NCBI GenBank assembly: GCA_043747615.1
Contig: JAYTOU010000101.1
Span: 1-21,837, forward strand
Direction of reading: 5' to 3'
Length of the DNA stretch: 21,837 nt
From: Myxococcales bacterium
GTDB taxonomy: Bacteria > Myxococcota_A > Polyangia > Polyangiales > Polyangiaceae
Part shown: one piece after another, positions 9,474 through 19,346 of the stretch
Layout of the letters: each line of letters opens with the position of its first letter
How positions within the stretch are numbered: position 1 is the stretch's first letter
Made by a program: the position numbers and the translations under genes
Notes under the pieces: model-generated
What the model was told of the DNA's origin: nothing
The model's database searches: none
The model's input: only the letters and a program-made list of their open reading frames with translations

Positions 9474-11023
9474 GTTTTGTTGCGCCCCACGAGCGCTCGC
9501 ACCATGGCCGCGTCGGCCGGCGTCAGCTCCCGCGCGACCACGAGGTAGACGACGAACGAAGTGGCGATCGCCAAACAGACGACCGGCGTCATCAACTTCC
9601 CGAAGATCGGTAAATGAGTGCCGACGACCGCGCCGAGGGAAACACCGATCCCAGCTCGGACGGCCGTCTTTAGCGGGACGAAACCGCCCGCAGCCTTGCG
9701 AACCACGAACGTCGCCGCCACGAGCGCGAGGCCCAGCGCGACGCTCGTCGCCAAGGCCGTCGCCTGAAGCTGCGCCTCGCCGTACGGTGCTTCCCGCGCC
9801 GCAACGGTACAAAACCCAGCCACCGCAAAGAGCGCGACGAGGCTCAAAACAGCGGCGATCCTCTCGCGTCCCAAACTGGCGAGCACCGTGTTGGCGATGC
9901 CGAAGAGCGTGAATGCCCCCTGTCCGATGGCGAGCACGCGCAACGTCGAAGCTCCGCGCTCCGCGACCTCGTGCCCATACGCAAAGTTCAGCACCGATCC
10001 TGGCACAGTCACCACCACCGTCACGAGGAGGCCGCAGGCAATGGCACCCAAGCGCGCGCCGCGTTCCACGTATTGACGCACGGCCACGCGATCCCCCTCG
10101 GCGTGAGCGCGCGCCACCATCGGGAAGAGAATCTGGGTGATGCTGAAAACGAGCTGGTACGGAAGGAACGCAAAAAATTGGCTGAAGCGATAGACGGCCA
10201 CCCACTCGTCCGCTGAGCGCGTCGCCTCGGACGGAGCAAGGCCTGCGTGAAGCGCGCCGAACGACAGAAATCTTCCGAGCAGCGTGATGTCGATCTGCAT
10301 CACGCCGTTCGTGAAGAGCTGCGCAACAGCCAGTGGAACGAGCATCGCGAGGTAAAGGCGTGGCGAGGGAATTTCCGCCGACGAGAGCGGCGCGGCCTTT
10401 CCGATCCCCGTCCACCGAAGGGCGAGCGGAAGCACACACGACGCCGCGAGGAGCACGCCAAGGGTCGAACCGAGCACGCCCGAGCTACCCCGCGAAAAAA
10501 AGAGGTAGCCCATACCGAGCAAGCCGAACGTCCGCAGCGTCGCCGCGACGACGTCCAGCGCAGCTTGCCGCGTGAACATCGCGCGCCCGTTGAGCGATCC
10601 GATGAGCGGCGCGTACACGCCGTAGATGACGATGACGCCGGCCATCACCCGCAGGGGCGTCGTGATGTGCTCCGCTCCTTCGAACGCCGCGATCCAGGGA
10701 GCCGACACGAAGAACAGCACACCGAGCCCGAGGGCGATCGGGGCGTGCACGCGCAGGGTCGCGCGAAAGGCTTCTTCTTTCGAGTCGCGCGCTCCAGCGA
10801 CGGCGCGGCTCACCCCTTGAATCGAGCTTGATACGACGACGTTGTTGAACACGCTCGCCACCGCGAGCACGCGCGAAAGAGCCCCCGTGCCCGCCAAACC
10901 GATCGCCCCTCGAACGAGGGTCTGCTGAACGAAGCCCGCGAGGATGAAGAACACCTTCGCCCCGAGGACCGCCACTCCCCCCCGCCCTGCCGCGCGCGCG
11001 GTCGTTCTGTCGGCAGTAGCCAT
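9470..11023 (-). CDS. MOP-superfamily oligosaccharide/lipid flippase (Wzx/MurJ/SpoVB-like)
   Basis: 517 aa with about 12-14 hydrophobic segments. N-terminal AGRGGVAVLGAKVFFILAGF, central DITLLG, and FAFLPYQL..SITQILFPMVARA typical of polysaccharide biosynthesis exporters. Confidence 0.8.
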   Translation of the reverse strand: MATADRTTARAAGRGGVAVLGAKVFFILAGFVQQTLVRGAIGLAGTGALSRVLAVASVFNNVVVSSSIQGVSRAVAGARDSKEEAFRATLRVHAPIALGLGVLFFVSAPWIAAFEGAEHITTPLRVMAGVIVIYGVYAPLIGSLNGRAMFTRQAALDVVAATLRTFGLLGMGYLFFSRGSSGVLGSTLGVLLAASCVLPLALRWTGIGKAAPLSSAEIPSPRLYLAMLVPLAVAQLFTNGVMQIDITLLGRFLSFGALHAGLAPSEATRSADEWVAVYRFSQFFAFLPYQLVFSITQILFPMVARAHAEGDRVAVRQYVERGARLGAIACGLLVTVVVTVPGSVLNFAYGHEVAERGASTLRVLAIGQGAFTLFGIANTVLASLGRERIAAVLSLVALFAVAGFCTVAAREAPYGEAQLQATALATSVALGLALVAATFVVRKAAGGFVPLKTAVRAGIGVSLGAVVGTHLPIFGKLMTPVVCLAIATSFVVYLVVARELTPADAAMVRALVGRNKT

Positions 11024-11063
11024 CGTCGCACGCCTTTTAACACGCCTGCGCGCCGACCGCGAC

Positions 11064-12182
11064 TCAGTGGGTCACGCGCACGGCCACCGGTTTCTGTGAA
11101 ACGAAGATCGCATCGGGGTGAAGCGTGAGAGCGCAGGCGTCCGTCGCATCGAAGACGTGAATGGGAAATCCTCTCGACGCTCTTCGCACATCGCCTAGGA
11201 GCAGCAGATTTCCCTGCCACGCGAGGGTCGAGAGATCGAACCCCTCCGTCGGCCCGAAGACGTTTTTTGCGATCACCTGCCCTGACAGCGCATCGAAAAT
11301 CACCACCGATGTTCGGTTCACGTTCGGCGTCGGATCGGCCACGATCGCCGCTCCACATTTTCTTGAGATCGCCACCTGGGTGACGCTCCCGCCGAGGTCA
11401 CGCTCCGACGCGAGAAGCTTGCTGGTGAAGCTCGCAGGGTCGAAGCGCTCCACGCCGGCATTGGCTTCGTCCGCGGCGTCGAAGTTTCCGGGCATCGCCA
11501 GGTAAAAGAGCCCGTCCGCTACTTCCATCGTGCCGAACGGGTCACGCCCCACGAGCTCGAGGGTGTCGGTCGCGCCGCTCGCCAGATCGATTCGCAGCAT
11601 CCACGAGGGCAGCTTGGATTTTAGCCGATCATGATCATCGAGCCGCTCGAGCGCGACGAATGCCCTACTCGCTCCGCCCACTTCGAAAATCTCGATGGCG
11701 CTCGCGTTCGGGTTTCCGTCGGGATCATACATCGACAGATCGAGCGTCTTGGCGATGCCTCCGTGGGCATCGATCACCGCGATGGAGGGCTCGTTGTAGC
11801 GCGGGACCCACATCATTCCGTCGGGAGCGATGGCCACGTCTTGGGGATTGGTCGTTCCTTGCCGCTTCGGATCGTGCACGTCGATCTTCGAACGAGGCTC
11901 GCCGCAGGAGGGGTCGAGCTCGAACACGAGATCCTTGTCGCGCGATACGAAAAAGGCTCTTCCGCGTGATGTGGCGAGAATGGGATCTCCGCCCAGGTCC
12001 ACGCCTGCCCACGCGAGGTTCGCCGTACCGTCGAGAGACACGCTCCCGACGCGGCTCGAGACGTAGTCGCTCGCGACGACGATGGCATCGCCCCGCACGC
12101 ACGCACCGTCCGCCGTTTGGGTCTTCGTTCCGCAGCCCACGAAGAGGAGCGCCACGAGCGCAGCCACCACGAAAAGTTTCAT
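11064..12182 (-). CDS. Lipoprotein, probable beta-propeller (YncE-like)
   Basis: Lipobox LFVGC, then repeated short beta-strand blades (VFELDP, NPQDVAIAPDG.MWV, IAVID, MLRIDL, VERFDP, VVIFDA). Confidence 0.7.
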   Translation of the reverse strand: MKLFVVAALVALLFVGCGTKTQTADGACVRGDAIVVASDYVSSRVGSVSLDGTANLAWAGVDLGGDPILATSRGRAFFVSRDKDLVFELDPSCGEPRSKIDVHDPKRQGTTNPQDVAIAPDGMMWVPRYNEPSIAVIDAHGGIAKTLDLSMYDPDGNPNASAIEIFEVGGASRAFVALERLDDHDRLKSKLPSWMLRIDLASGATDTLELVGRDPFGTMEVADGLFYLAMPGNFDAADEANAGVERFDPASFTSKLLASERDLGGSVTQVAISRKCGAAIVADPTPNVNRTSVVIFDALSGQVIAKNVFGPTEGFDLSTLAWQGNLLLLGDVRRASRGFPIHVFDATDACALTLHPDAIFVSQKPVAVRVTH

Positions 12183-12188
12183 CGCGCG

Positions 12189-12695
12189 CTACTGTACGTG
12201 TTTGGTATCGAGCTGCTCGCCGTTCGGCTTGAGACCCGCGGCTCGCCAGCGCGCTGCTTCGTCGGGAAGGTCGTCTGCGGGCGGTGGGGTCACGTCACGA
12301 ACCTCGATGCGCGCGCCGATGCCGTCCTCGCCTGGATCCACTCGGATGTGGAGGATGCGCTTCGGATCCGAGGCGACCGTCACCTGATCGAACACCGTAC
12401 GCCCCGCACCGACGGAAATTTTTCCGTCCTTCACGCGGGTGCGGACGTAGTTTGCGAGGACCTCGGCCGGCACGGTCCCGCGCGCGAAGACCACGTCGAC
12501 GAAGGCGTGCTCGATGGAGACACCGCGCGGCAACGCGAGCGCAAACGCTTTGTCTTTCCCCTCGGGGACCTCGCCGGGGGCGAGGTGATCTACCGGAGAA
12601 ATTGCTGTGCTCGCCCCCACGTCTGCAGCAGGCGGGTCCTTCTTTTCGCAGCCCGCGAGACCCGCCGCGACAACTAAGACGAAAAACGCCTTCAC
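12189..12695 (-). CDS. Hypothetical lipoprotein
   Basis: GTG start 26 nt after the pilY1 stop. VKAFFVLVVAAGLAGC lipobox, 168 aa, stop 6 nt before the next gene. Confidence 0.7.
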   Translation of the reverse strand: MKAFFVLVVAAGLAGCEKKDPPAADVGASTAISPVDHLAPGEVPEGKDKAFALALPRGVSIEHAFVDVVFARGTVPAEVLANYVRTRVKDGKISVGAGRTVFDQVTVASDPKRILHIRVDPGEDGIGARIEVRDVTPPPADDLPDEAARWRAAGLKPNGEQLDTKHVQ

Positions 12696-12721
12696 GTTTT
12701 TGTCGTTCCCCGCTCGGGTTC

Positions 12722-15700
12722 CTATTCGACCACGGCCGCCCATGAGTCGACCACCGTAGCAGTCCTCGGCTGGGTAAGTTGAATAGAGACCGCTTTGGCG
12801 GCTCCGCTCGTTCCAGCCTTTCCAACCTGGCCAACGAGGCTCGGCGGATTCGGGTTCACGCTCGTCGTCGAGTAGTGCGACGTGTTGGTGTACGGGTCGG
12901 TGCTGCTCGTACTGGTGTTCGCGCAGGTCGGCGGCACGTTGATCGAGAGCCCGGGGATGACGGAGCCAGCGACGGCCGCAGGGCTGTACGAAGGATCGGC
13001 GAGGGTGGTCGCAGGGGGCCCGGACGTCGGATCGATCAGTCGGAGATCCCCGCCTGCTTTCAGGGACGACGTGTCTCTCGGAACGACGAAGTCCCGTCCG
13101 TACACCTCCGGCGTTCCTCCCGCACACACCGAGGCCGTGGCGGCAGGATTGAACGTTGCGAAGTAGAAGACGCCGTCGAACACCGCCATGGGTCCCGAGA
13201 CCTTCTTGCCGCATTCGGAGGTAGACGTGCAGACGCTGCCATCTGTCGGTCCAAACGGGATGTACCAGTTGACCGAGGAAAGAAGCTTGTTCTTCGCGCT
13301 GTTGAACCTCTCGGTGAGCGACCACACGAAGTTCGTGCCCGCCGGGGTGAACGTCTCCTGATCGCCGGTGGCGATTTCGATCGCCAGGTTGCCCGCGCGA
13401 TCAAGAGCCACGACAGGCTGCACCGCGATGGGCTGCCCATCTTTCGACGCGCTCGCCCCCGTGTAGGCCGTCTGGTTGTAGGTGTCGAAGAAGAGCTCAC
13501 CCTTCCACTTGGTCGGATCGGTCGACGAGAGATCGAAGCGCCACACAGTTCCGTCCGAGTCGCCGATGTAGACCTTCTGGGCGATGGCGCCGACGGTCGC
13601 GGGATACACGACGGGCGTTCCCGTCATCGGTGAATCAAACGGCGCCGCAGTCCAGTTGGGGGTGAAGGGCTTGTCTTCCGCGGGCGAGAACGTGCGGAGA
13701 ATTTCTCCGGTATCGAGGCGCACGATGGTGAGTGAGCGCCCAGCGACTGGAGTGGTGCTCAGCGTCGTTCCAGTCGCATTGCCGTAGCAGGGCACGGTCG
13801 CGCGCGGAGCGTAGTTGGGGGTCGAGGTGAACGGGGTGGCGTCGTCGCCGGTGGCGCCCGTGCTTCCCGCCGTGTAGTGCCGAGCGCATGCACCCGGCGC
13901 GGCCGGAAGATCCGCGCCGCCGGGAAGAACGGCGACGCCAATCTCCTGCAGTCCTCCGGCCGAGCTGCCGAGGTCGACGTAAACGGTGGTGATCGCCGGC
14001 GTCGCCGAATGGACACCGAAGATCTGCTGGCCCGTCGACAGGTTCGCGGCTGTCGCCCCGGCGTTCGTCAGCTGCCAGCGAAACACCGGACCGGTGGCGG
14101 CGGTTTGCCCGGTGACGCCGGCGAGGCCAGGCGACGTCACGTCCACTGCGTAGTAGCCGCGGCTCGCGCTGCCGAAGCTTGCGACCAGCATGGTGTGCCA
14201 CTTCGATTTGTCGCCGAGGTCGGATGCCGTTCGCGCCCACACCACGTCTTTGATGATCGGCGCGCCGTCCAGTAAAAGCGCGTGCGCTGCGGGGTACGTG
14301 TTGATGATGTTCGGAAGAACCGCGGGGGGAATGAGTGCCCAGATTTCGTTCAGCTCGGCGCTGGCGATCGAAGTGTCGAAGGCATGGAGGAGCCCGTCGT
14401 TCGTCGCGGTATAGAGCACGGTCGGCCGATCCACGACTTGCGGACTCGTTTGCGACTTGAACCCTTGGTACGACTCGTCGCGAATCAGCGCGCCGGGCGG
14501 GCCGACGACGGTGGGCGTGGAGTGGAAAATGTCGCCGAAGGCGCTCTTCGTAGGGGTAGTCGTCGTGTAGTAGCGATCATTAAAGACGAAGGTGGAGTTC
14601 TTGAGGGTCGTCGTCTTCTGCGCCATCGCGAAGTTCAGCGCGAGCTCTTTGCACTGTGCTGCGCTCAGGTTGTCGTTGTTCAAAGTGTTCGGGCACAGGC
14701 CCTGTGCAGTCGGATTCGTGATGCCGAGCGCCGCAGGAGACAGCGCGGCGATGGCCGAGACCGCGGTGGTCGGAGCGGTAATCACCGCGCCATACGACGC
14801 GTACCCGTCTCTCGGAGTGGCCGGCGCAAAGGGTCGTATCGTTCCCGTCGAATTCACGACCGCGTCGCCCACCGCTCCCGGCAAGATCACCGAGAACTGG
14901 CGCGACGTGTATTTCGTCCCGGAGTGAGTGTTGAGATTGGTGGCAAAGTCGTCGCCTGCGGTCGCCGTCGGAACGATGGTGGTGTCGAGCGTGAAGTCGG
15001 TCTTGCACACGTAACGCTGACGTTGCACGTCTCCGGACCAGGGAAGCCCGGGCTGCGGAACGAAAGCCGAGTAGTAGAGCGAAGACGTCGGCGACGTCCC
15101 GAGGTTGCTGACGTCGGCCGTCACCGGGGAGTACGCGGGCACCGTGCGGGTCGTCGTGGCCCGCCCAATCTTCGCGAGGATGGTGCTGAGGGCGCTGTTG
15201 AGATCGCTCGCCGAGCCCGCGAAAAAAGCGCCTTGCGTACCGTTGCTACCCTTGAGCGCCACCTGCTCGAGCGCACAGCACGGTGCATATTTCGCCAGGT
15301 TCGCAGCAGTCGCGGAAGCGCCACAGAACGCTCCGGTAGGATCGAACGAGGTGCCCGTGACGACGTCGGTGCACGCCACCGGGGCGCCGGCGGAGTCGCT
15401 CACCGCGAAGCCGATGACGAACGTGCTCACTTTTTTTCCGAAAGACGAGGTCAAGTCCGGCCTCACGTGCGAGCCCGTGTAGAGATCGCCGACCGTGTTT
15501 TGAGCAAGCGCGTAGGGGCACTTTCCCGGCTTCGTCGGGTCGGTCGCCGTCATCGAGCAGCTCGGACGGAGATCGAGGTTCGGTGCGCCGTCGGTCACGA
15601 GGATGATGTACTGATCGCGGCAGCCGCCCTTGACGTAGATGTCGTCTTTCGGGCCGGCGGTGTCCGTCCAGAAATACTGGAGCGCATCCTCCACCATGCC

Positions 15701-16672
15701 CGCGATCGGGGTGGCGCCAAAGGGCCGCGTGGCGTTGATGACCTGTTGAACGGTGTCGTTGTTGAGTTGAACTTGAGCGAGCGTTGCACTCTGGGTGGGG
15801 ACGCGGACCATGCGTCCTTCCCACGGGGGCGCCGCGGGGTTGCGCGCGCCCACTTCGAAGGGCGTGACGGGGAGACAGTCGTGGGGACTGCCGGTGGCGC
15901 ATGTTCCGCCCGAATCCCACCCAGGAAAGTAGCTCCACGTGCCAGCGAACGGATCGCCGGGTGCACCGATCACTTGGAGGTTCGTCGACAAGCCGCCCAC
16001 GCCGAGGGCCGAAGAGGTCATGCTGTCGAAGGTCATCAACCCGAAGCGGACGGTGTCGCGGGCCGAGTCGATGGCACCGTCGGTCAGCTGGCTGAACGTG
16101 CAGTTGCCCGTCGTCGTCAGCGGCAACTGGTAATTGCGTGTGATGATCGAAGCGCCTGCTCCAGAGAAAATGAAGCTGTCGGCGGGGCCGGATTTCACCC
16201 CCGGAAGGGTGCCTGGCGCATACACACACGAGCCAGACGCGGGGCGGTGGTAGTTCAAGTAGTAGTCCGTGTCGTACGGATTTTTGCCGCTGATTCCGTA
16301 CTCCGTCGTGAACGATGGCGTCGCGCCGGTGGCCCGAGACATCGACGCGCAGCGAAATTCTCCGGCGCCCGTGCTGGCATTTGCGATGTGTCCGGTCAGC
16401 GCCTCGATGGCGATGCCCCAGCGATTCGGCGAGCTGACCGCACCGGTAACGGCGTTGGTCACGTTGCACTTCGAGCCTGCGCTCGCGTCCGGCTCCGTTC
16501 CGTCGGTCATGCGCTCCATGGAGCCCGACGTATCGAGCAAGAGGAGGACGTCGGGCATCGGCGGATTGACGTCGACCTGCTGCGCGGGCGCCGTGCGCGC
16601 AAACGAAGCGACTCCTGCGGCGGTCAGGAAGCCACCGACGGCTCGAATGCGACGCATCGACTTGGAACTCAT
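12722..16672 (-). CDS. pilY1: PilY1/PilC-type type IV pilus tip adhesin (vWA + beta-propeller)
   Basis: 1316 aa. Signal peptide; vWA MIDAS LLLLDTSGSM..TPIAG..IILVTDG; PilC propeller motifs FGDIFHSTP, ATNDGLLHAFD, EIWALIP, DGAPIIKDV, YIGDSDGTVWRFDL. Lies directly after the minor pilin genes. Confidence 0.9.
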   Translation of the reverse strand: MSSKSMRRIRAVGGFLTAAGVASFARTAPAQQVDVNPPMPDVLLLLDTSGSMERMTDGTEPDASAGSKCNVTNAVTGAVSSPNRWGIAIEALTGHIANASTGAGEFRCASMSRATGATPSFTTEYGISGKNPYDTDYYLNYHRPASGSCVYAPGTLPGVKSGPADSFIFSGAGASIITRNYQLPLTTTGNCTFSQLTDGAIDSARDTVRFGLMTFDSMTSSALGVGGLSTNLQVIGAPGDPFAGTWSYFPGWDSGGTCATGSPHDCLPVTPFEVGARNPAAPPWEGRMVRVPTQSATLAQVQLNNDTVQQVINATRPFGATPIAGMVEDALQYFWTDTAGPKDDIYVKGGCRDQYIILVTDGAPNLDLRPSCSMTATDPTKPGKCPYALAQNTVGDLYTGSHVRPDLTSSFGKKVSTFVIGFAVSDSAGAPVACTDVVTGTSFDPTGAFCGASATAANLAKYAPCCALEQVALKGSNGTQGAFFAGSASDLNSALSTILAKIGRATTTRTVPAYSPVTADVSNLGTSPTSSLYYSAFVPQPGLPWSGDVQRQRYVCKTDFTLDTTIVPTATAGDDFATNLNTHSGTKYTSRQFSVILPGAVGDAVVNSTGTIRPFAPATPRDGYASYGAVITAPTTAVSAIAALSPAALGITNPTAQGLCPNTLNNDNLSAAQCKELALNFAMAQKTTTLKNSTFVFNDRYYTTTTPTKSAFGDIFHSTPTVVGPPGALIRDESYQGFKSQTSPQVVDRPTVLYTATNDGLLHAFDTSIASAELNEIWALIPPAVLPNIINTYPAAHALLLDGAPIIKDVVWARTASDLGDKSKWHTMLVASFGSASRGYYAVDVTSPGLAGVTGQTAATGPVFRWQLTNAGATAANLSTGQQIFGVHSATPAITTVYVDLGSSAGGLQEIGVAVLPGGADLPAAPGACARHYTAGSTGATGDDATPFTSTPNYAPRATVPCYGNATGTTLSTTPVAGRSLTIVRLDTGEILRTFSPAEDKPFTPNWTAAPFDSPMTGTPVVYPATVGAIAQKVYIGDSDGTVWRFDLSSTDPTKWKGELFFDTYNQTAYTGASASKDGQPIAVQPVVALDRAGNLAIEIATGDQETFTPAGTNFVWSLTERFNSAKNKLLSSVNWYIPFGPTDGSVCTSTSECGKKVSGPMAVFDGVFYFATFNPAATASVCAGGTPEVYGRDFVVPRDTSSLKAGGDLRLIDPTSGPPATTLADPSYSPAAVAGSVIPGLSINVPPTCANTSTSSTDPYTNTSHYSTTSVNPNPPSLVGQVGKAGTSGAAKAVSIQLTQPRTATVVDSWAAVVE

Positions 16673-16703
16673 GATGCTCTCCTCTGAATGACCGAACGCG
16701 CCG

Positions 16704-17387
16704 TCATTGACAATGAACCGGCCCGGCGATGATTCGCGCCCGTGCCATCTCCACCCCTTCGTTGCCGTAGTTTACGGTCGTCGGCGAAATGAGCCCGACG
16801 GAGGTGATCGTGAACTGTGCGAAACAAAGTCCGAGGCGAAGATCGAAGCCCTGCGGTGGCTGCGACTGCACCGGATCCGTCAGCTCAATGAAAAAATCAC
16901 CGGCGAGTGGTGCCGAGCCGTAGCTCGACGACGGGACGCCGACTCCTCCGGGCCAGATCGGGGTCGAAGAGTTCGCGAGCTCGGTCGCTCCCATGCGGCG
17001 GCACGCCTTCGAGCTCGTCGTTGCCGCCGAATACTGTCCGGCGGTCATGGGCAGAGAGATGCAGCCGCTGTCATTTCGATTGAGCGTCGCCGTCGCCGAC
17101 TGAGCGAGCATCATCCCGAGATAGACCTGCGCCGTGATCGGGCTGACGTTCTCCGCCGCGCCGAGGATGCCGTACTCCGACAGGTAGTGAGACTGAGCGC
17201 TCTGCCTCTCGTAGCCCGCGGTCTTCACCTCGTTCGTCGCGGAAGCTAGCGCGTACATGCCGAGCGACGCGAGCACGGCGAGGGTCATGGCCACGATGAA
17301 GATCACGGCGCCTCCGCTCTCTTTGCGCCGGGCCGATCGCTGTCGCGCCTGCGCGCGGAACGCGGCGACCTCAAGATGCGCGCTCAT
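16704..17387 (-). CDS. pilX: PilX-like minor pilin
   Basis: ATG coupled to the pilW stop (TGATG), 227 aa. Basic leader RQRSARRKESG followed by hydrophobic GAVIFIVAMTLAVLASLG lacking Glu+5, as typical of PilX/GspK. Confidence 0.75.
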   Translation of the reverse strand: MSAHLEVAAFRAQARQRSARRKESGGAVIFIVAMTLAVLASLGMYALASATNEVKTAGYERQSAQSHYLSEYGILGAAENVSPITAQVYLGMMLAQSATATLNRNDSGCISLPMTAGQYSAATTSSKACRRMGATELANSSTPIWPGGVGVPSSSYGSAPLAGDFFIELTDPVQSQPPQGFDLRLGLCFAQFTITSVGLISPTTVNYGNEGVEMARARIIAGPVHCQ

Positions 17388-18733
17388 CAGTAGAAGGCCC
17401 TCGCTTGATTCGGGAGCGAGACCTCTGAAATGACTGTGCGTACGCGGGCCCATTGGCGTTTGCCCGTGATGCACGCTGCTCCCGCGTCGAGAACGCAGTA
17501 GCGCAGCGTGTACGTGTCCTGCGGAGCGATCACTAGGGGGAGGCGCATGTCCGCTTCGCGATCCGGAATCGCAGACCGGGTCGAGATGCGCAACCGCACG
17601 GAACGAATGCGTTGAGGCATCGTCGTCACGGCGGTGGGGCCGACGGGTGCCGCGACCGTTGCATTCTCGGTGTCGTCGAAGCCGTAGGTTTTAAGAACGT
17701 TCAGCGTGGGCGCAGTCTGGTTGTACAGGCCAGGGTCGACGGTGAACGCAAACTTGAGATCGACCGCGTATTCGGCGATGAGCTCGGTCGGATTGATCAC
17801 CGGGGGGCCTGCGGCAAAGGCGAACGGCGCGCCAGTCGTAACGTTGATCCACGATCGCACGAGGTTGTACTTGTCCGGATCGGTGTTGACCGCGCGGTAC
17901 CCGGCGTTGAGCGCGCCGGTGATCTCCCAGCGCACCGTCTGAATGGGGCTGACCGAGAGACGCCCCGTCACGAAGCCGTAGTTGGCGAGGTTGATCAGCG
18001 GCACCGGTTGGAGATCGACGAACCAGGTCGCGTCGCCGGCGGAGAAACCGGTGGCCGCGCCGCCGGTGCTGCACGTCCTGTAGAATTCGTAGCGCCCCAG
18101 ATCGTCGGTCACCCGCACCAGGAATTCTTGTCCAGGAACGGGCTGAAACATGGCCAGCAACGCAGCCGTCGCGTTCGCGGTGCCCCCGGATTGCAGGCGC
18201 CACATCGCCGCCGAGTCCCGGGTGAGGATCAAGCGTTGACCGCAGCCTCCCGTGGTGACCGTGCGCACGACGTACTGATCCGACGACGTGAAATTTCCGG
18301 ACAGATCGATTTGATCGGGGGTGAAGTTGTTCCCGTTCGCGCCGTTGGACATGGGAGTCGCCGCCGCCGACCCACCCGCCACGAGGTGAATGCCAGCGAG
18401 GTTGTAGAGCCCCGTGGGAGTCGCGGGGCGCGCGCCCGCCGAATCGAGCGGGGTGCTCGTGTCCTTCTGAACGTTCCCCGTGCCCATGAAGCCAGCTCGC
18501 TGAAGATCGGCGCGAAGACGCTCGACCGAAGTGCGCAGCGTCATCTCGGCCGTCGACGCCCGCGCTTCTTCGTGGAAGGTCTGCGTTGCGTTGCCGGAGA
18601 GTGCCACTACCGCCATCGCCACGATCAGCCCTGCAGAGAGCGAGACGAGCAGCTCGATCAGCGTGAAGCCGCGCTCGTGGTTTGGCCGCGTAGTTTCGTG
18701 GCTTTGTGCCTGATTCCGGAGCGCGTCGATCAT
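17387..18733 (-). CDS. pilW: PilW-like minor pilin (prepilin N-terminal cleavage/methylation)
   Basis: ATGA overlap with the pilV stop, 448 aa. ERG|FTLIELLV, LRADLQRAGF, late IRSVRLRISTRS, all typical of PilW. Confidence 0.8.
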   Translation of the reverse strand: MIDALRNQAQSHETTRPNHERGFTLIELLVSLSAGLIVAMAVVALSGNATQTFHEEARASTAEMTLRTSVERLRADLQRAGFMGTGNVQKDTSTPLDSAGARPATPTGLYNLAGIHLVAGGSAAATPMSNGANGNNFTPDQIDLSGNFTSSDQYVVRTVTTGGCGQRLILTRDSAAMWRLQSGGTANATAALLAMFQPVPGQEFLVRVTDDLGRYEFYRTCSTGGAATGFSAGDATWFVDLQPVPLINLANYGFVTGRLSVSPIQTVRWEITGALNAGYRAVNTDPDKYNLVRSWINVTTGAPFAFAAGPPVINPTELIAEYAVDLKFAFTVDPGLYNQTAPTLNVLKTYGFDDTENATVAAPVGPTAVTTMPQRIRSVRLRISTRSAIPDREADMRLPLVIAPQDTYTLRYCVLDAGAACITGKRQWARVRTVISEVSLPNQARAFY

Positions 18734-19341
18734 GGTGCCATGTTCTTGCGGACGGCCGAGACGGCGTAGACGTAGTGATAGAGACTGGTGTCGTCGGCCA
18801 GGGGGGGCTCCGCCGCGCAGAAGCCGGCCGCGGGGGTGACGTCGAGACCGCGCGGATAGAAGACCTTGACCTCTGCGCGAATGAGGCTGCCCGGCACGAG
18901 AACCGTCATGCGCGTGTTCACGCAGAACATGACGTTGGTGTTCGTCGTGCCGAGAGTAGCTTGATCGAAGCCGAGTATGTCGAAGCCGGGGCTGTTGAGC
19001 GGGACGTTTGGCGCGGCGGTCGCCGTCTCGCCGATGCGCTGGTTTGGCAGGTGCCAGGCCCCATCGATGTTCGCCAAGAGCGCCGCTTGCCCGATGTTGT
19101 TGTTCGCCAGATTCGCCTGGTTCGGCAGGGTCCACATCATCGAGTCACGCCGCAGCCGCTCGACCCACTCGCGGGCGATCGAGTTGGCCATGTCGAGCCG
19201 GCGCGCATCGACGTTTCCCTGGATCGCTCCGCGCTGCATGCTGATCACGCCCGCTGCGCCGATCGCCAGGATCGCCAAGGAGAGCATCACCTCGATCGCG
19301 GTGTAGCCGCGCGAGCGACCAGCAGGGGACAATCGGCGCAT
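18730..19341 (-). CDS. pilV: PilV-like minor pilin
   Basis: 203 aa. SRG|YTAIEVMLSLAILAIG..G...MQ, then ANSIAREWVERLR, typical of PilV; also supported by its position. Confidence 0.75.
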   Translation of the reverse strand: MRRLSPAGRSRGYTAIEVMLSLAILAIGAAGVISMQRGAIQGNVDARRLDMANSIAREWVERLRRDSMMWTLPNQANLANNNIGQAALLANIDGAWHLPNQRIGETATAAPNVPLNSPGFDILGFDQATLGTTNTNVMFCVNTRMTVLVPGSLIRAEVKVFYPRGLDVTPAAGFCAAEPPLADDTSLYHYVYAVSAVRKNMAP

Positions 19342-19346
19342 GGTGC

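Noticed and set aside
9474..10439. N-terminal extension of the J-domain ORF (501 aa)
   Set aside because: It is an out-of-frame overlap with the flippase; the coupled GTG at 9473 is the better start.
11064..12182. Assignment as a cobalamin-binding (BtuG-like) surface lipoprotein
   Set aside because: There is no TonB-dependent receptor, ABC transporter or cobalamin riboswitch nearby, so only the general propeller call is supported.
14282..16687. 801-aa plus-strand ORF
   Set aside because: It is an antisense shadow of pilY1. Its Arg/Gly-rich, motif-free sequence is what high-GC codon bias produces.
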